From assembly GCA_002633005.1 (NCBI GenBank), contig NMRA01000097.1, positions 893,734 to 957,733 of the forward strand: a stretch of DNA of 64,000 bases, written 5' to 3'. Below, piece by piece: positions 63,430-64,000 of this stretch (its first letter is position 1; every line of letters begins with the position of its first letter). Source of the stretch: Phoronis australis. Lineage: Eukaryota > Animalia > Phoronida. The position numbers were made by a program, and so were the translations under genes. Below the pieces are notes generated by a model. It was not told where the DNA came from. It saw only the letters and a list, made by a program, of their open reading frames with translations, and did no database searches.

Positions 63430-64000
63430 GTAAGCAATGACACAAGAAATATTTACAAATTCCAAGTGTTTAAACTATCCATTTTGAATCATTTATAGTT
63501 TATAATTTTTCCGCGGGACTCTACACACTCTTAGACTACAGTAAAATGTATCTGATAAGGAGTTCATCAACATAACTTTCCCGAGTTTTGCACCGCGGAT
63601 TTAGTTGGCCACTTCGGACGGAAAGGTACATGTACACACTTGACGGAGATATTTACGTACGCTTATAACGTACGTACGAGATTACATGCTTGCTTGTTTC
63701 TTTACTCACTAGTTACTCTCACTCCGTTCACGAGTGGCGGGAACGACAGCGGTTTTTCAGTGGCTAAACGTTGACATGTTAGCCAAGACGTACTGTCTGC
63801 GTTGGGGGTAATTTTCGCATGCACTTAGTTCGTTTCTTCACCTCCCCCCCCCCCTTCTACTCATTCCTTCAGTCCAGGCTTACTTACTCATTCGCTCCCT
63901 CCTTCGTGTCCTNNNNNNNNNNNNNNNNNNNNNNNCCCCCCCCCTTCCCCTGCCCTTCCTTCTCCACCCCTTCCTATCCTTCACCTCACATACTTATTTA

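Overview
Eukaryotic (metazoan, probably marine invertebrate) genomic window, AT-rich and intron-rich, with assembly gaps at 18786-19565 and 63913-63935. I reconstructed three spliced genes by hand; most of the ORF track is noise. (1) The 5' part of a CREB3/CREB3L3/L4-type ER-anchored bZIP factor gene lies on the minus strand: a non-coding exon ending at 5012, then coding exons 4112-4011, 3032-2849, 2037-1864 and 1056-914. Its bZIP domain lies off the left edge. (2) A C15orf61 homologue lies head-to-head with it on the plus strand (about 7290/7382-7649 plus 9848-9975), with no in-frame ATG in its main exon. (3) A prohormone convertase PC1/3 (PCSK1) gene has exons 1-10 from 23766 to 63429 and continues off the right edge; intron 1 is 24.7 kb. 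The rest holds MITEs (hAT-, Tc1/pogo- and Harbinger-like), foldback palindromes, tRNA-derived SINEs, decayed LINEs, mini/microsatellites and tandem duplications, one probably an assembly artefact. I found no convincingly new multi-gene system. The best leads are regulatory or evolutionary: a CREB3-family factor linked to PCSK1 with CRE/UPRE/G-box sites, an overlapping-uORF leader in the CREB3 mRNA, loss of the second His pH-sensor in the PC1/3 prodomain, and the unresolved start of C15orf61.
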